Source of the DNA: Callorhinchus milii
Taxonomy: Eukaryota
Length of the DNA: 64,000 nt
Direction: 5' to 3'
Assembly (NCBI RefSeq): GCF_018977255.1
Contig: NW_024704743.1
Span: 54,066,001 to 54,130,000, forward strand
The notes under the pieces: model-generated
What the model was told of the DNA's origin: nothing
Database searches by the model: none
What the model saw: only the letters and a program-made list of their open reading frames with translations
Shown: piece after piece, positions 1 to 12,900 of the stretch
Position numbering within the stretch: the first letter of the stretch is position 1
Layout: every line of letters starts with the position of its first letter
Position numbers and translations under genes: made by a program

Positions 1-654
1 TGTGTCAACATGGTTAGGGAGAAGTCCTGAAAGGAGCAAATGCTATCAAGCTGTAATTTGTTCCTAATTGACTCAGAAATAGTACAGACTTAATGCAAAT
101 ATAGCAAATTGTATTAATAAGTGTTTTATTCACCCTAACCTACTGCATGAATAGCCTCATAGTAAAACTGCTATAAAGAAAACTCAGCTTGATCAACCTA
201 ACAAACAAAAGCAACAACGAAGTTAACATTTTAAAAAGCAGTTAACTTTTGAAATAAAGACTTAAAACAGCAAGAAATCCACTTTCACATATTCCTGCAG
301 TTTTATATCCAGAGTGAATGTTTTTTTGCTGAAAAAGGAACCTGGCTATGTTAAATCTATCCAGTTACTAACAGAACATTACAATGTATGAAATCAGTGG
401 TTGAATTCTATGATTAGCGTGGCAGTTAGCTCCTGAGACGAATGGCCAAAAGGGATAATAACACCTTCCGAGAATCTCTCATCACCACCAGGTTTGATGT
501 AATTTAATCTAATCCAGAAAAAAATTAACTAGCACTTTAATAACGTCAATATTCTTGGATAACACCTTCAACAATAGTTTACTGGCAGCAATCCTGATCC
601 TACGCAATGAGCCCTCACTTTAACAGTAATTGTATGATTTACTTCAACCTTTTT

Positions 655-680
655 TGTGTGTGTGTGTGTGTGTGTGTGTG
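655..680. repeat. (TG)n microsatellite
   Basis: About 13 TG units seen directly. Confidence 0.95.
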
Positions 681-816
681 ATAGGGGGGGGAGGAAGGAA
701 GTGAAGTGCCAAGGTTTTGTCTATGAAGAAGTTATATGCTAAACTCTACTTAAGCTCCAATTTTAGGTTTTTGTTAACATTCAATAATTAACATTTCACC
801 GTTCTTAAGCCCTGAC

Positions 817-943
817 CTGTTCAGGCTGTGTTCCTTTGGAAAGAATATCCAATAGATCTGCAGAAGACACAAAATAAAACCTTGGGAAGGCTAAACGCTT
901 TGTTTCCAGATATTCAGCCAAAGCTTTTTCGCATAGAGCCAGC
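817..943 (-). CDS. DNAH11: Dynein heavy chain exon E26 (127 nt) [42 protein letters not shown]
   Basis: Translated by hand; TAG acceptor, GTCAGG donor; FPRFYF hallmark. Confidence 0.95.
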
Positions 944-3900
944 CTACAACAAGAGGATACGTAAATTCTTAAAATGAACATCCAACATCAAATATTTGCT
1001 GGTCTGACATTAATATCTAACCAAACATTTAACGGTGTGAGAACCTATCCTACATGAAGGGCAATATATAAATACAGGCTGTTGCTTTAAAGTGAAAAAA
1101 TAATATGATTTCATTAATACATTCAGCAAACCACCCAGCAAACCACCCCCAGCAAACCACCACCACCCCCAGCAAACCACCACCACCCCCAGCAAACCAC
1201 CACCACCCCCAGCAAACCCACCACCACCCCCAGCAAACCACCACCACCCCCAGCAAACCACCACCACCCCCAGCAAACCACCACCACCACCCCCAGCAAA
1301 CCACCACCACCCCCAGCAAACCACCACCACCCCCAGCAAACCACCACCACCCCCAGCAAACCACCACCACCCCCAGCAAACCACCACCCCCAGCAAACCA
1401 CCACCACCTCCAGCAAACCACCCAGCAAACCACCACCACCCCAGCACAACCCAGCAAACCACCACCACCCCCAGCAAACCACCACCACCCCCAGCAAACC
1501 ACCACCACCCCCAGCAAACCACCACCACCACCAGCAAACCACCACCACCACCCCAGCAAACCACCACCACCCCCAGCAAACCACCACCACCCCCAGCAAA
1601 CCACCACCACCTCCAGCAAACCACCCAGCAAACCACCACCACCCCAGCACAACCCAGCAAACCACCACCACCCCCAGCAAACCACCACCAGCACCCAGCA
1701 AACCACCACCACCCCCAGCACAGCCCAGCAAACCACCACCACCCCCAGCAAACCACTACCACCCCCAGCAAACCACCACCAACCCCAGCACAACCACCAC
1801 CACCCCCAGCAAACCACCACCCCCCCAGCAAACCACTACCACCCCCAGCACCACCCAGCAAAGCACCACCACCCCCAGCAAACCACCACCACCCCCAGCA
1901 CCACCCAGCAAACCACCACCACCCCCAGCAAACCACCACCAGCACCCAGCAAACCACTACCACCCCCAGCAAAGCACCACCACCCCCAGCACCACCCAGC
2001 AAAGCACCACCACCACCAGCAAATGACCACCACCCCCAGCACCACCCAGCAAACCACCACCACCACCAGCACCACCCAGAAAACCACCACCACCACCCCC
2101 ATCACCACCCACAAACCACCACCACCCCAGTACCACCCAGAAAACCACCACCAGCACCACCCAGCAAACCAGCACCACCCGCCCAGCAAACCACCAGCCC
2201 CACCAAGGAAACCAGCGGCCCCGCCCAGAAAACCTCCAGTCCCGCCCAGCAAACCATCAGCCCGGCCCAGCAAACCACCAGCCCGGCCCGGCAAACCACC
2301 TCCGCCAGCCCCGCCCGGCAAGCCACCACCGCCAGCCCCGCCCGGCAAGCCACCACCGCCAGCCCCGCCCGGCAAGCCACCACCGCCAGCCCCGCCCGGC
2401 AAACCACCACCGCCAACCCCGCCCGGCAAACCACTACCACCACCAGCCCCCGGCAAACCACCACCGCCAGCCCCGCCCGGCAAACCACCACCGCCAACCC
2501 CGCCCGGCAAACCACCACCACCAGCCCCCGGCAAACCACCACCACCAGCCCCCGGCAAACCACCACCACCAGCCCCCGGCAAACCACCACCGCCAGCCCC
2601 CGGCAAACCACCACCACCAGCCCCCGGCAAAACCACCACCGCCAGCCCCGCCCGGCAAACCACCACCGCCAACCCCGCCTGGCAAACCACCACCGCCAGC
2701 CCCCGGCAAACCACCACCACCAGCCCCCGGCAAACCACCACCACCAGCCCCGGCAAACCACCACCACCAGCCCCCGGCAAACCACCACCACCAGCCCCCG
2801 GCAAACCACCACCACCAGCCCCCGGCAAACCACCACCACCAGCCCCCGGCAAACCACCACCACCAGCCCCCGGCAAACCACCACCACCAGCCCCGGCAAA
2901 CCACCACCACCAGCCCCCAGCAAACCACCACCAGCCCCCGGCAAACCACCACCAGCCCCCAACAAACCACCACCAGCCCCCAACAAACCACCACCAGCAC
3001 CCAGCAAACCACCACCAGCACCCAGCAAACCACCACCAGCAAACCACCACCGCCATCAGCACCCAGAAATCCACCACCACCACCCTGCAAACCACCCCCA
3101 CCACCAGCACCCGGCACACCACCACCAGCACCACCCAGCAAACCACCACCAGCACCACCCAGCCAACCACCCCCACCGGCACCACCCAGCCAACCACCCC
3201 ACCGGCACCACCCAGCCAACACCCCCACCACCACCCAGCCAACCACCCCCACCACCACCCAGCCAACACCCCACCACCACCCAGCCAACCACCCCCACCA
3301 CCACCCAGCCAACCACCACCACCACCCAGCCAACTGCCACCACCACCCAGCCAACCGCCACCACCAGCACCGCCCAGCAAACCACCACCACCATCCAACC
3401 ACCACCCCCACCACCACCCAGCCAACCACCACCACCAGCACCACCCAGAAAACCACCACCACCACCCAGCAAACCACCACCACCACCCAGCAAACCACCA
3501 CCCAGCAAACCACCACCACCAGCACCACCCAGCAAACCACCACCATCAGCACCACCCAACCAACCACCACCACCAGCACCACCCAGCAAACCACCACCAC
3601 CAGCACCACCCAACCAACCACCACCACCACCCAGAAAACCGCCAGCACCACCCACCCAGCCAACCACCACCACCAGCACCACCCAGCCAACCACCACCAC
3701 CAGCCGCCGGCAAACCACCACCACCAGCCCCCAGCAAACCACCACCACCAGCCCCCAGCAAACCACCACCACCAGCCCCCAGCAAACCACCACCACCAGC
3801 CCCCAGCAAACCACCACCACCAGCTCCCAGCAAACCACCACCAGCCCCCAACAAACCACCACCACCAGCCCCCAACAAACCACCACCACCAGCACCCCCA

Positions 3901-6900
3901 GCCAACCACCACCACCAGCACCCCCCAGCCAACCACCACCACCAGCACCCCCAGCCAACCACCACCACCAGCACCCCCCAGCAAACCACCACCACCAGCA
4001 CCCCCCAGCAAACCACCACCACCGCCCAGCCAACCACCACCAGCACCACCCAGCCAACCACCCCACCACCACCCAGCCAACCACCCCCACCCAGCCAACC
4101 ACCACCACCCAGCCAACCGCCACCACCAGCACCGCCCAGCAAACCACCACCACCATCCAACCACCACCCCCACCACCACCCAGCCAACCACCACCACCAG
4201 CACCACCCAGCCAACCACCACCACCAGCACCACCCAGAAAACCACCACCACCACCCAGCAAACCACCACCACCACCCAGCAAACCACCACCCAGCAAACC
4301 ACCACCACCAGCACCACCCAGCAAACCACCACCATCAGCACCACCCAACCAACCACCACCACCAGCACCACCCAGCAAACCACCACCACCAGCACCACCC
4401 AACCAACCACCACCACCACCCAGAAAACCGCCAGCACCACCCACCCAGCCAACCACCACCACCAGCACCACCCAGCCAACCACCACCACCAGCCGCCGGC
4501 AAACCACCACCACCAGCCGCCGGCAAACCACCACCACCAGCCCCCGGCAAACCACCACCACCAGCCCCCGGCAAACCACCACCACCAGCCCCCAGCAAAC
4601 CACCACCACCAGCCGCCGGCAAACCACCACCACCAGCCCCCGGCAAACCACCACCACCAGCCCCCGGCAAACCACCACCACCAGCCCCCAGCAAACCCCA
4701 CCACCACCACCAGCCCCCAGCAAACCACCACCACCAGCCCCCAGCAAACCACCACCACCAGCCCCCAGCAAACCACCACCAGCCCCCAACAAACCACCAC
4801 CACCAGCCCCCAACAAACCACCACCAGCACCACACAGCCAACCACCACCACCAGCACCACACAGCCAACCACCACCACCAGCACCCCCCAGCCAACCACC
4901 ACCACCAGCACCCCCAGCAAACCACCACCACCAGCACCCCCCAGCAAACCACCACCACCAGCACCCCCCAGCAAACCACCACCACCGCCCAGCCAACCAC
5001 CACCAGCACCACCCAGCCAACCACCACCACCAGCACCACCCAGCCAACCACCACCACCACCCAGCCAACTACCACCACCACCCAGCCAACCACCACCTAG
5101 CAAACCACCAGCACCAGCACCACCCAGCCAACCACCACCACCAGCACCACCCAGCCAACCACCACCACACAGCCAACCACCACCACCACACAGCCAACCA
5201 CCACCACCACCAGCACCAGCCAGAAAACCACAACCACCAGCACCACCCAACCAACCACCACCACCACCACCAGCACCACCCAGCAAACCACCACCCAGCC
5301 AACCACCACCACCAGTACCACCCAGCAAACCACCACCACCAGCACCATCCAGCAAACCACCACCACCAGCACCCAGCAAAGCACCACCACCAGCACCCAG
5401 CAAAGCACCACCAGCACCCAGCAAAGCACCACCAGCACCCAGCAAACCACCACCACCACCAGCACCAACTTGTATTGATATAGCTCCAAGTGGGTAACAT
5501 CTCAGAGCAATTAACAGTGGCGGAGTTTGATTTGCGCTTTTGGACATCCTCCCGACGTGAAAGGCGCTCTATAAATGTAATTTCGTTGTTGTTGTTGTTG
5601 TCAATGTCAAACTGGGGAGATGAGGGAGGTAACCAGGATGAAGAGGAACATCTACAGGCATGATCTGAAGACAGGAGGAGGTGGAAAGGCAGAGGGACTC
5701 AGATAAAGCCTTAATATCTCATTTAAAATGCCAGAGAAAATATTTTGGGGTAGCCAGTATGAGTGGATAGATGCTGAATTTGTAGAAAAGTTGGTTCAAG
5801 TCTAATCTGTTACCAACCCCTTGTTGTGAAGCTGGAGAGGATTCCATCTCCTGATAAATCACCAGATATTAACTTCTATTAAATAGATTAAAGTAGATTA
5901 AGAAAGTATATACTTTTTATCAGGTCACTGGTAAGGCCAATGATTATTGTTCGCAGGTTTGGGTTCCTTTCCCTTCAAACTGGCATCAAAAGGTTGGAAC
6001 TGGTTTAACAAAGTGCAGCAAGGATGATTCAAGGTTTGAGAGTTCTAACTTATAAGGAGAGGCTCGCAGAGCTCAATCCCTCCTTAATAGTAGATTGAGG
6101 AAGAAATGGACCCAAGTCATTAAAATGAGAGGTATATTAAAGGTTACACATTGAACGGCAGCATTCTCTAACTGGAGTGCACATAGTCCTGTAGCTCAGT
6201 GGTTAGAGCACTCGCTTTGCAAGCGAGAGACCTGAGTTCAATTCCAGGCAGGGCGAAACCTTGGCCAAGTTTCCTTACTCCACACGCCTAATAATAATCC
6301 CTCCAAAACCAAAAACAATAATAAATTGGTCATTTTCAATCCATATGACTGTTTGTGGGACATTGCTGTGCGCAATTGGCTGCTGCGTTCGCCCACAAAT
6401 ATACAGTCAATTCACTTTACAGTGTGTTCTATAAAGCGCTTTGGGACGTCCTCCCAACGTGAAAAGCACTATATCAAATGCAAGGATTATTATTATAGTG
6501 AAAGTTAAAAAGTTTCAACCAGGAAAAGAGATCACAATACATTTCTTGATCCCCAAAAATAGTGGATATGTGGAACAGACAACCAACAAAAATACTTGAT
6601 GCCTTGACACTACTTCAGTTAGCTTCTTTTTAAAATGAGAAAATGTGTATCTGCTTGAGGACAATATTGGAGAATCATAGGGAAAGGTGCAGACTGAGAT
6701 AGGCAAATAGTCCCTCAGATACAATTTCTGTTGGCTGGAATGGGAAAGAAGAAAAGTTGCCCTTAAAATAAAGGATGCGAGGTTTGTATTGTGGAGAGAG
6801 AAAAATGTATACCTTTTGCTTGTTTGCATTTGGGGTTGTGGGAGTCTGTTTGAGGTGCTTTCTGTGGGCAGCACAGTTGGTAGGAAGCTCACAAGAAGGT

Positions 6901-9900
6901 AGGTTCTGTATAGGTTGTATAAGGACTGGACCTGATAGGCCAAAGGCATTTTCTCATTCTATACACATACAGATAAGTTTTGTCCTCAAATGTTGTTGCA
7001 CGGGAATAAAAGGTTCAGTTCAAAGCATCTAATTCCAACTGATTAATAGCTAAATAGCAGCAAAAATCAGTTCAACATGATCACGTAAAGCCTCTCAATT
7101 ACAACAACATCATTGATAAATTCCTTTCATTTTACCTGGGATTGCACTTAGTCAGAACAACAACAACAACTTGGATTTATAGAGCGCCATCCACGCCGAA
7201 AGAAAGGTCTTCAGCCGAGACCTGAAAGTGGGAAGAGAGGGGACGAGGCGAAGGGAGTGAGGAAGGGAGTTCCAGAGCCTTGGGGCGTGGTGGCTGAAGG
7301 CACATCCGCCGATGGTGAAGCATAGGACTTAGGCGACAAGGAGGAGGCCAAAGGTTTATATAGGAGGCCTAGACGCTACTTCAGTATATCTGTAAGAAAT
7401 ACACACCTGATAATGTTTCAGAGTACGATACACAAAATATAATGGCTCAGTACCTTTGCTGGAGAGCTTCCAGTCTTTCATATAACTTGGGTTTATTTGT
7501 GGCTTCAATAACATTTTTTGTTTGGGCTGTTTCAAACATTAATTCCTTTTTTAAAACAAAGACAGAAATAATTATAACAATCAAATCATACATCTGCATA
7601 CAGCAACTATAGGTCATTTCTTTTTTAATAGCTATTCTGATCATTAAACTCAGAATGTATTTGCTAGCTATTTAACGTGGCACTGTTATATTCCCTTTTG
7701 AATAAAAACTTGTAATTGTGATATTGTCTTTTCTTATGCGAACCTTTCCTCCAAGTATAATCCTTCTCTTGTTCCCTTAGAGAAAAGTCATACTCACTCA
7801 ACACAGTTCTCAATGCACAGAAACTGGCTTGAGAAATTTTAAACAAAAACAACAGATTTGAGCTGAGGTCTTTTTACCAAATAAAAATAATTATCATTCT
7901 GAATCCCTTTATATGAAAAGAATCCAGTATTTTATTGTAGGTTCACAAGGCTATTCAGACATCAAGATGCAAGTAGTTAGATGATAGCGGTGCACTTGAT
8001 GGAGCAGAAGCACGTGTTAATCTTGCTCACAATCCTTCTAATCAGAGATTCTGCTCTGCGCTACATCCCTATACAGTATGGAAGCGAAAATACGATGGGC
8101 CTGGAGGGAGGAAAAAACTCCAGGTTGTCCTCGCAGATATCCTAGTGGTTGAAGGTTGGTGGAGGTTAGAGAGAAGCATTGTCCTTCAATCCAATGTTGG
8201 TGTGTGGTTCAGGGAACTCCAACTGAGAGAGAAAGGAAGAAAATAACCTTTTTTTTATTAAAAAAAATTATCTTCTTCATCAATAAAAAAAACTCCAACC
8301 TTAAAGTCCGCATCTATTCCATCAAATCGCTTGGCGTCTTCAGAAAGTTGGTTTCGAATGTCCTCAGACCCAATAAAAATGCTCTCCAGGTGGGACCACG
8401 TACGTTGCACCTCCATCCAGATAAAGATGACAGAGTCGGCCACAGTCAGCTTCTTTTGCCAGGAAGACACCTGTTCGATAAAGTACTCCACATATTTGCT
8501 CAGCAAAATAGCTTGCAACTGCACCTAGAAAACAAAAAGAAACAGCTCTATAGCTTAGAGATGAAAGAAGGATTATTCCTTTCATTCATAATGAATAGGG
8601 GTCATGGGGAGAGGAGAGGTAAGGGTATACTATAATAAAAGAGCAGCAAGTAGTTAAAGGTGGAAAGAATGTTAGGGAGGAGTATTATTTGTTCAAAGTA
8701 TGTCCCCTAGCAATCGTCAAAAATGTATTCAGCAAGATACATCTCTTGTGCAAAATCCTTGCAGTTAGAAGCAGATCCTGGAACCAGCTTCCTTAGGGAA
8801 AGGATCTGTGTAATTCCCAGAATGGCTCAGTTTTGTTTAATGAGAGTGAGTGCCTGGGAACTAATCTTGAAACCTTGATACGAGGAACATTTTGTTGCAT
8901 GTTCTCTGGAGCTCTGCATTCCCAGATTCAGACAACTCTGGACTCACTTCTCACCCTTTGATCCATAACCAAGAATACACAACATGGAGAATACATTAAC
9001 AAAGCCACCCTGGAACATACCAGGCTCCTATCAAACAGTCTAGCAATGGAAGACGGGCTATGCTTAGAGCAAGGATTCTTGTTGCAGATGTAGCATAGAT
9101 TTCCAAATATACTTTTTTTTCCCCCGATGTAAGTTGGAGTACCATGAGCAAATATTCCCTTAGATTTTTCACGTGCTCAAACTAAAAAAATCTACTTCTG
9201 CTGGTATCTCTCAGACACAACCCAACCTTTTAAGAAAAACAAACAGTAAAATGTAGCTTCTGGGATATAACGGTCTTACAAGATACTGAGCAAGGATTCA
9301 GCTAGTCAGAATTATTCTCAATAATGTGTATAAACCTGAGCCAACAATATCAAGCATGTCCTTCTCTTCCATTGTCAAAGCTAATATTTACACAGAATGC
9401 TACAGGATGGAAACAGGCCATTCAGCCCAATTGGTCCGCCCAGTTTTTATACTTCACACGTCCCATCCCTCTTAATCCTCTCTCACCTCAATTCTCTTCT
9501 CCCTCATGTATGCATCAAGTTTCCTCTTAAATACGTTAATGCTTTTTGCTTCAACCACACCTTCCAACAGTGAGATCCACATTCTCACCACCTTCTGCGT
9601 AAAAAAGTTTCTCCTGAACTCCTTTTTAGATCTGCTACTGCCTATATGTTACATTGATGCCCCTTGTTTTAGATTAATCACAAATGGAAATAGCCTATTA
9701 ATGTCCACTTGATCCATTTTTTTCAAAATGTTACATACCTCTATGAGATCTGGTCTGCTCTAAATCATCCCATCTCCAGAAAGAAAAGCTCCAACCTGTC
9801 CAATCTTTCTTTTAATAATAATACTTACATTTGACATAGCAGCTTATCATGTCATCAAGAAATCTCAAAGCGTTTCACAAGATATAATGTAAAGTTGTGA

Positions 9901-12900
9901 GACTAGTGATAATTGTATCCACTCATAACATCCTAGTGAATCTGCACTGCATTCTCTGCAATACTACAACATTCTTCCCAGAATTATTTCACACAGTACT
10001 CTTAAGTGAGGTCTAATCAAGGTGTTTTAATAATTGTAATAGTATTTTCCTACTTTTATGTTTAATACCACAACAAAAAGTTGGAGATTTTCTGAGATAA
10101 AGGATCATACTTGGTTATCATCCAGAGTTTCAATAAGTTCCTCATCTGACTTTAGGAGCGGGGTGGCCGTTCTATGGTGCTTCTCGTAAGAAAATTCCAT
10201 GGTGGTCCACGTCTGACTGATCTCTGTGAGGACCTGTAAGGTAGGAAACACGCGACAGTGGTTGAAAGTTTTGTCCAGTTTTCCAGCATTACTTTTCAAT
10301 ATCACAATTCGGGTGCTGGAGACACTAATACTATAATAATTCCTGTAGTTTAATATGAAAGGAATTTCCTTCAACCACATACACATAACAGGATACTTAG
10401 TTTATTTCCTCCCATCGTTAAATACGAATCTTTGTGTTTAATATAGCTCCTTTCATGTAAGGAGAACATCTTAAAGTGTTTCGCAGGATTTATAATCCTT
10501 GCATTTGATATAGCACCTTATCATATCTTCGAGGCATCTCAAAACATTTACTGTGAAGTCAAATGGCTGTAGATTTTGTAGGTGAATGCTGCAGCAATTT
10601 TGTGCGCAGCAATGTCCCACAAACTGCCGTGAAGTGAATGAGCCATTTTATCTGGGGTTGTTGGCCAGGACACGGAGGGAAACTCCCTTCCCTTTGCAAA
10701 CAGTGCCATGGGATCTTTATCGTCCATCTGAACAGGTAGCTATGATGTCGATTTAATGTCTCATCCGAAGGACGGTACTTTCATCAATGGAGCGCCAGTC
10801 CAGTACTTGTATTGGAGGATCACATGGTATAAGGGCACTGGGATTTCTTAAAGGTTAATTGTCCCCATGACATTCCCAAAGGTCCAGATCTAACTGGGCC
10901 TAACCTTAGTGTGTGGAAGATGCAAGGAGGAAGAAGAATGGTGTCAAGCATTCTCCCTCCTTATCGGTACAGTTGAAATCGAGTCCACCCGTCAAATTAT
11001 TAATCAAAAAGATAACAGGTGTTTAAGATAACAATAACATGAAAGTTTACTATTTTCCACAGAAATATGTAGTATATGTCATTTTATGTTATTATGTTGC
11101 TGGGTGATTCTTTAATACTCAGACTCTGTGGTGTGAATGAGAACTTTAAAATTGCACATGTTAATGCCTCAAAAATTCACTCCAAATCTTAAAAAGCTGT
11201 CACCAGACTTTGTCACTTAGGAACAGAAATTCAGCAACACAAACACAAGCTAGTGGAGGTGAAAATTTGCTGATCAGTATTGGTACCGATCATCTCGCTG
11301 TGCACTTATCATGGGATTTCTGCCTTGTTCGCATGAAAGGTGAGCATGTTACTGATCTGCAAAATTTCACCCCCAAAGTCACCAAACATAGCTTTAAAAC
11401 TCTTATGAAAAACAGGGAAGGCTTATATTTCTGATGAGACTAAGCTCTCTGAATATCGCAAAGACTAAAAAAAAGTACAACATAAAAATAGCAGAGAAAT
11501 TGCCCCCTGGCCTTATCCATGTCGTGGAGTGCTATTCACCCACAGAATTGCGTACTAAACTGTGAGTAGCTACACAACAATGGACCATAATAATGATTCT
11601 ATTGCTTGCCTTATCCCTTGAAAGAAAATAATTACAGTTGCAAGTACCTTATCTATCCTGCTCATAAAGGGTTTACAAGAATGTTTAGTTAAAAATATAG
11701 TTTTGTTCATCCTGAAGCAGAAATAACCTTGCAACAATCAGTGAGGACACCAGTCCTGAACAAGCTGTTGTGGTTACATAGGTTGTCATATGAGAGGTGT
11801 CAGAACCCAGACAGCTTTGTGCTTTCCGTGCTCCAGACATAGCTGGTTTGTCTTACTTAAGGGGTGGACTGACTTTGTTAAAGCCAACAAAAATAACCCA
11901 CTGTTGCACACTAAACAAAATGAAGCCTATCACAAGGTAGCGTCTAGGATCGACAAGCCAGAAAATTATGCTGAATCATTCACATTCATCAAACTTTCTG
12001 CTCTCCAATGAGAACAGAGAAAAAGAGAAGTCAAGGACCTTCTCTATTCCCAACTCCTTCACAGCCTTGTCGACGATATTCCTGACTTCGTCTTCCACTT
12101 TGTGTAACTGCAGGGCCAACAGGTCGGCTAGGATGGTATTATTGCTCATAATAAACTTCACCTGAAACACACAATTACAAAAGCAAATCAACAATGTTGA
12201 TGGACCACCAACGGCACTTCAAAATCAAACATTATATCAGATCAGGCACACCACATACAATGCCTAACAAGGCATCAGATTATATAAACACCACCAAGTC
12301 ACCCGATTTTGAACAGTTTTAAGCAGAAAAGGGGTTGAAAGGATCACCACAAAAAGATTTTTTTTCTATAAAAAAGTTTATGAGTTAAAAAAGCTATCGA
12401 ACATAAGTTACAGTATACTACTGGCATAATGATTTAAATTAAGCAAGGTGGAAAATAGAAGGAAAAGATTGAGCAACCCAAGAAGACGTAGTTAGGTGTC
12501 AGCAAATTGACAGATTTTTAAAATAAGCACCAATTTATATATCATGCCTTTTTCAACTTCATAAATTGGTTTAATATTTTGTGGTGGTCCGTTCAACCCC
12601 TTTCTGAATACCTCAATGTGTAAAACTGCAAAATCACAGTGCCTAGACAAAGTTCCTGCAATTGGACAAGTGTCCTAAGAAATGATGGTGCTTGGAACTA
12701 ATGATGTTAACTTAAATGTGCTAATGGGGTAGATATACATTATTGTGTCAAGAATCATATTCAGGCCAATTGGGCAAGCAGGCAAATTGCATACAGGTTC
12801 TCATAACCAACTAGTCTGCCCATATCAATCCCCCCATCCCCTCTCCATCCCCATTGCTTTTGTGTTCTTCAGCCTAAATTGAAGCAACTTTGCATTACTC

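Noticed and set aside
1105..5100. 1331-aa Pro/His/Thr-rich ORF and the overlapping Gly/Trp/Val-rich antisense ORFs
   Set aside because: They result from a T-less tandem repeat that cannot form stops. The frame drifts between PPPP, HHHH and TTTT phases, ORFs are open in many frames, and the region is inside an intron.
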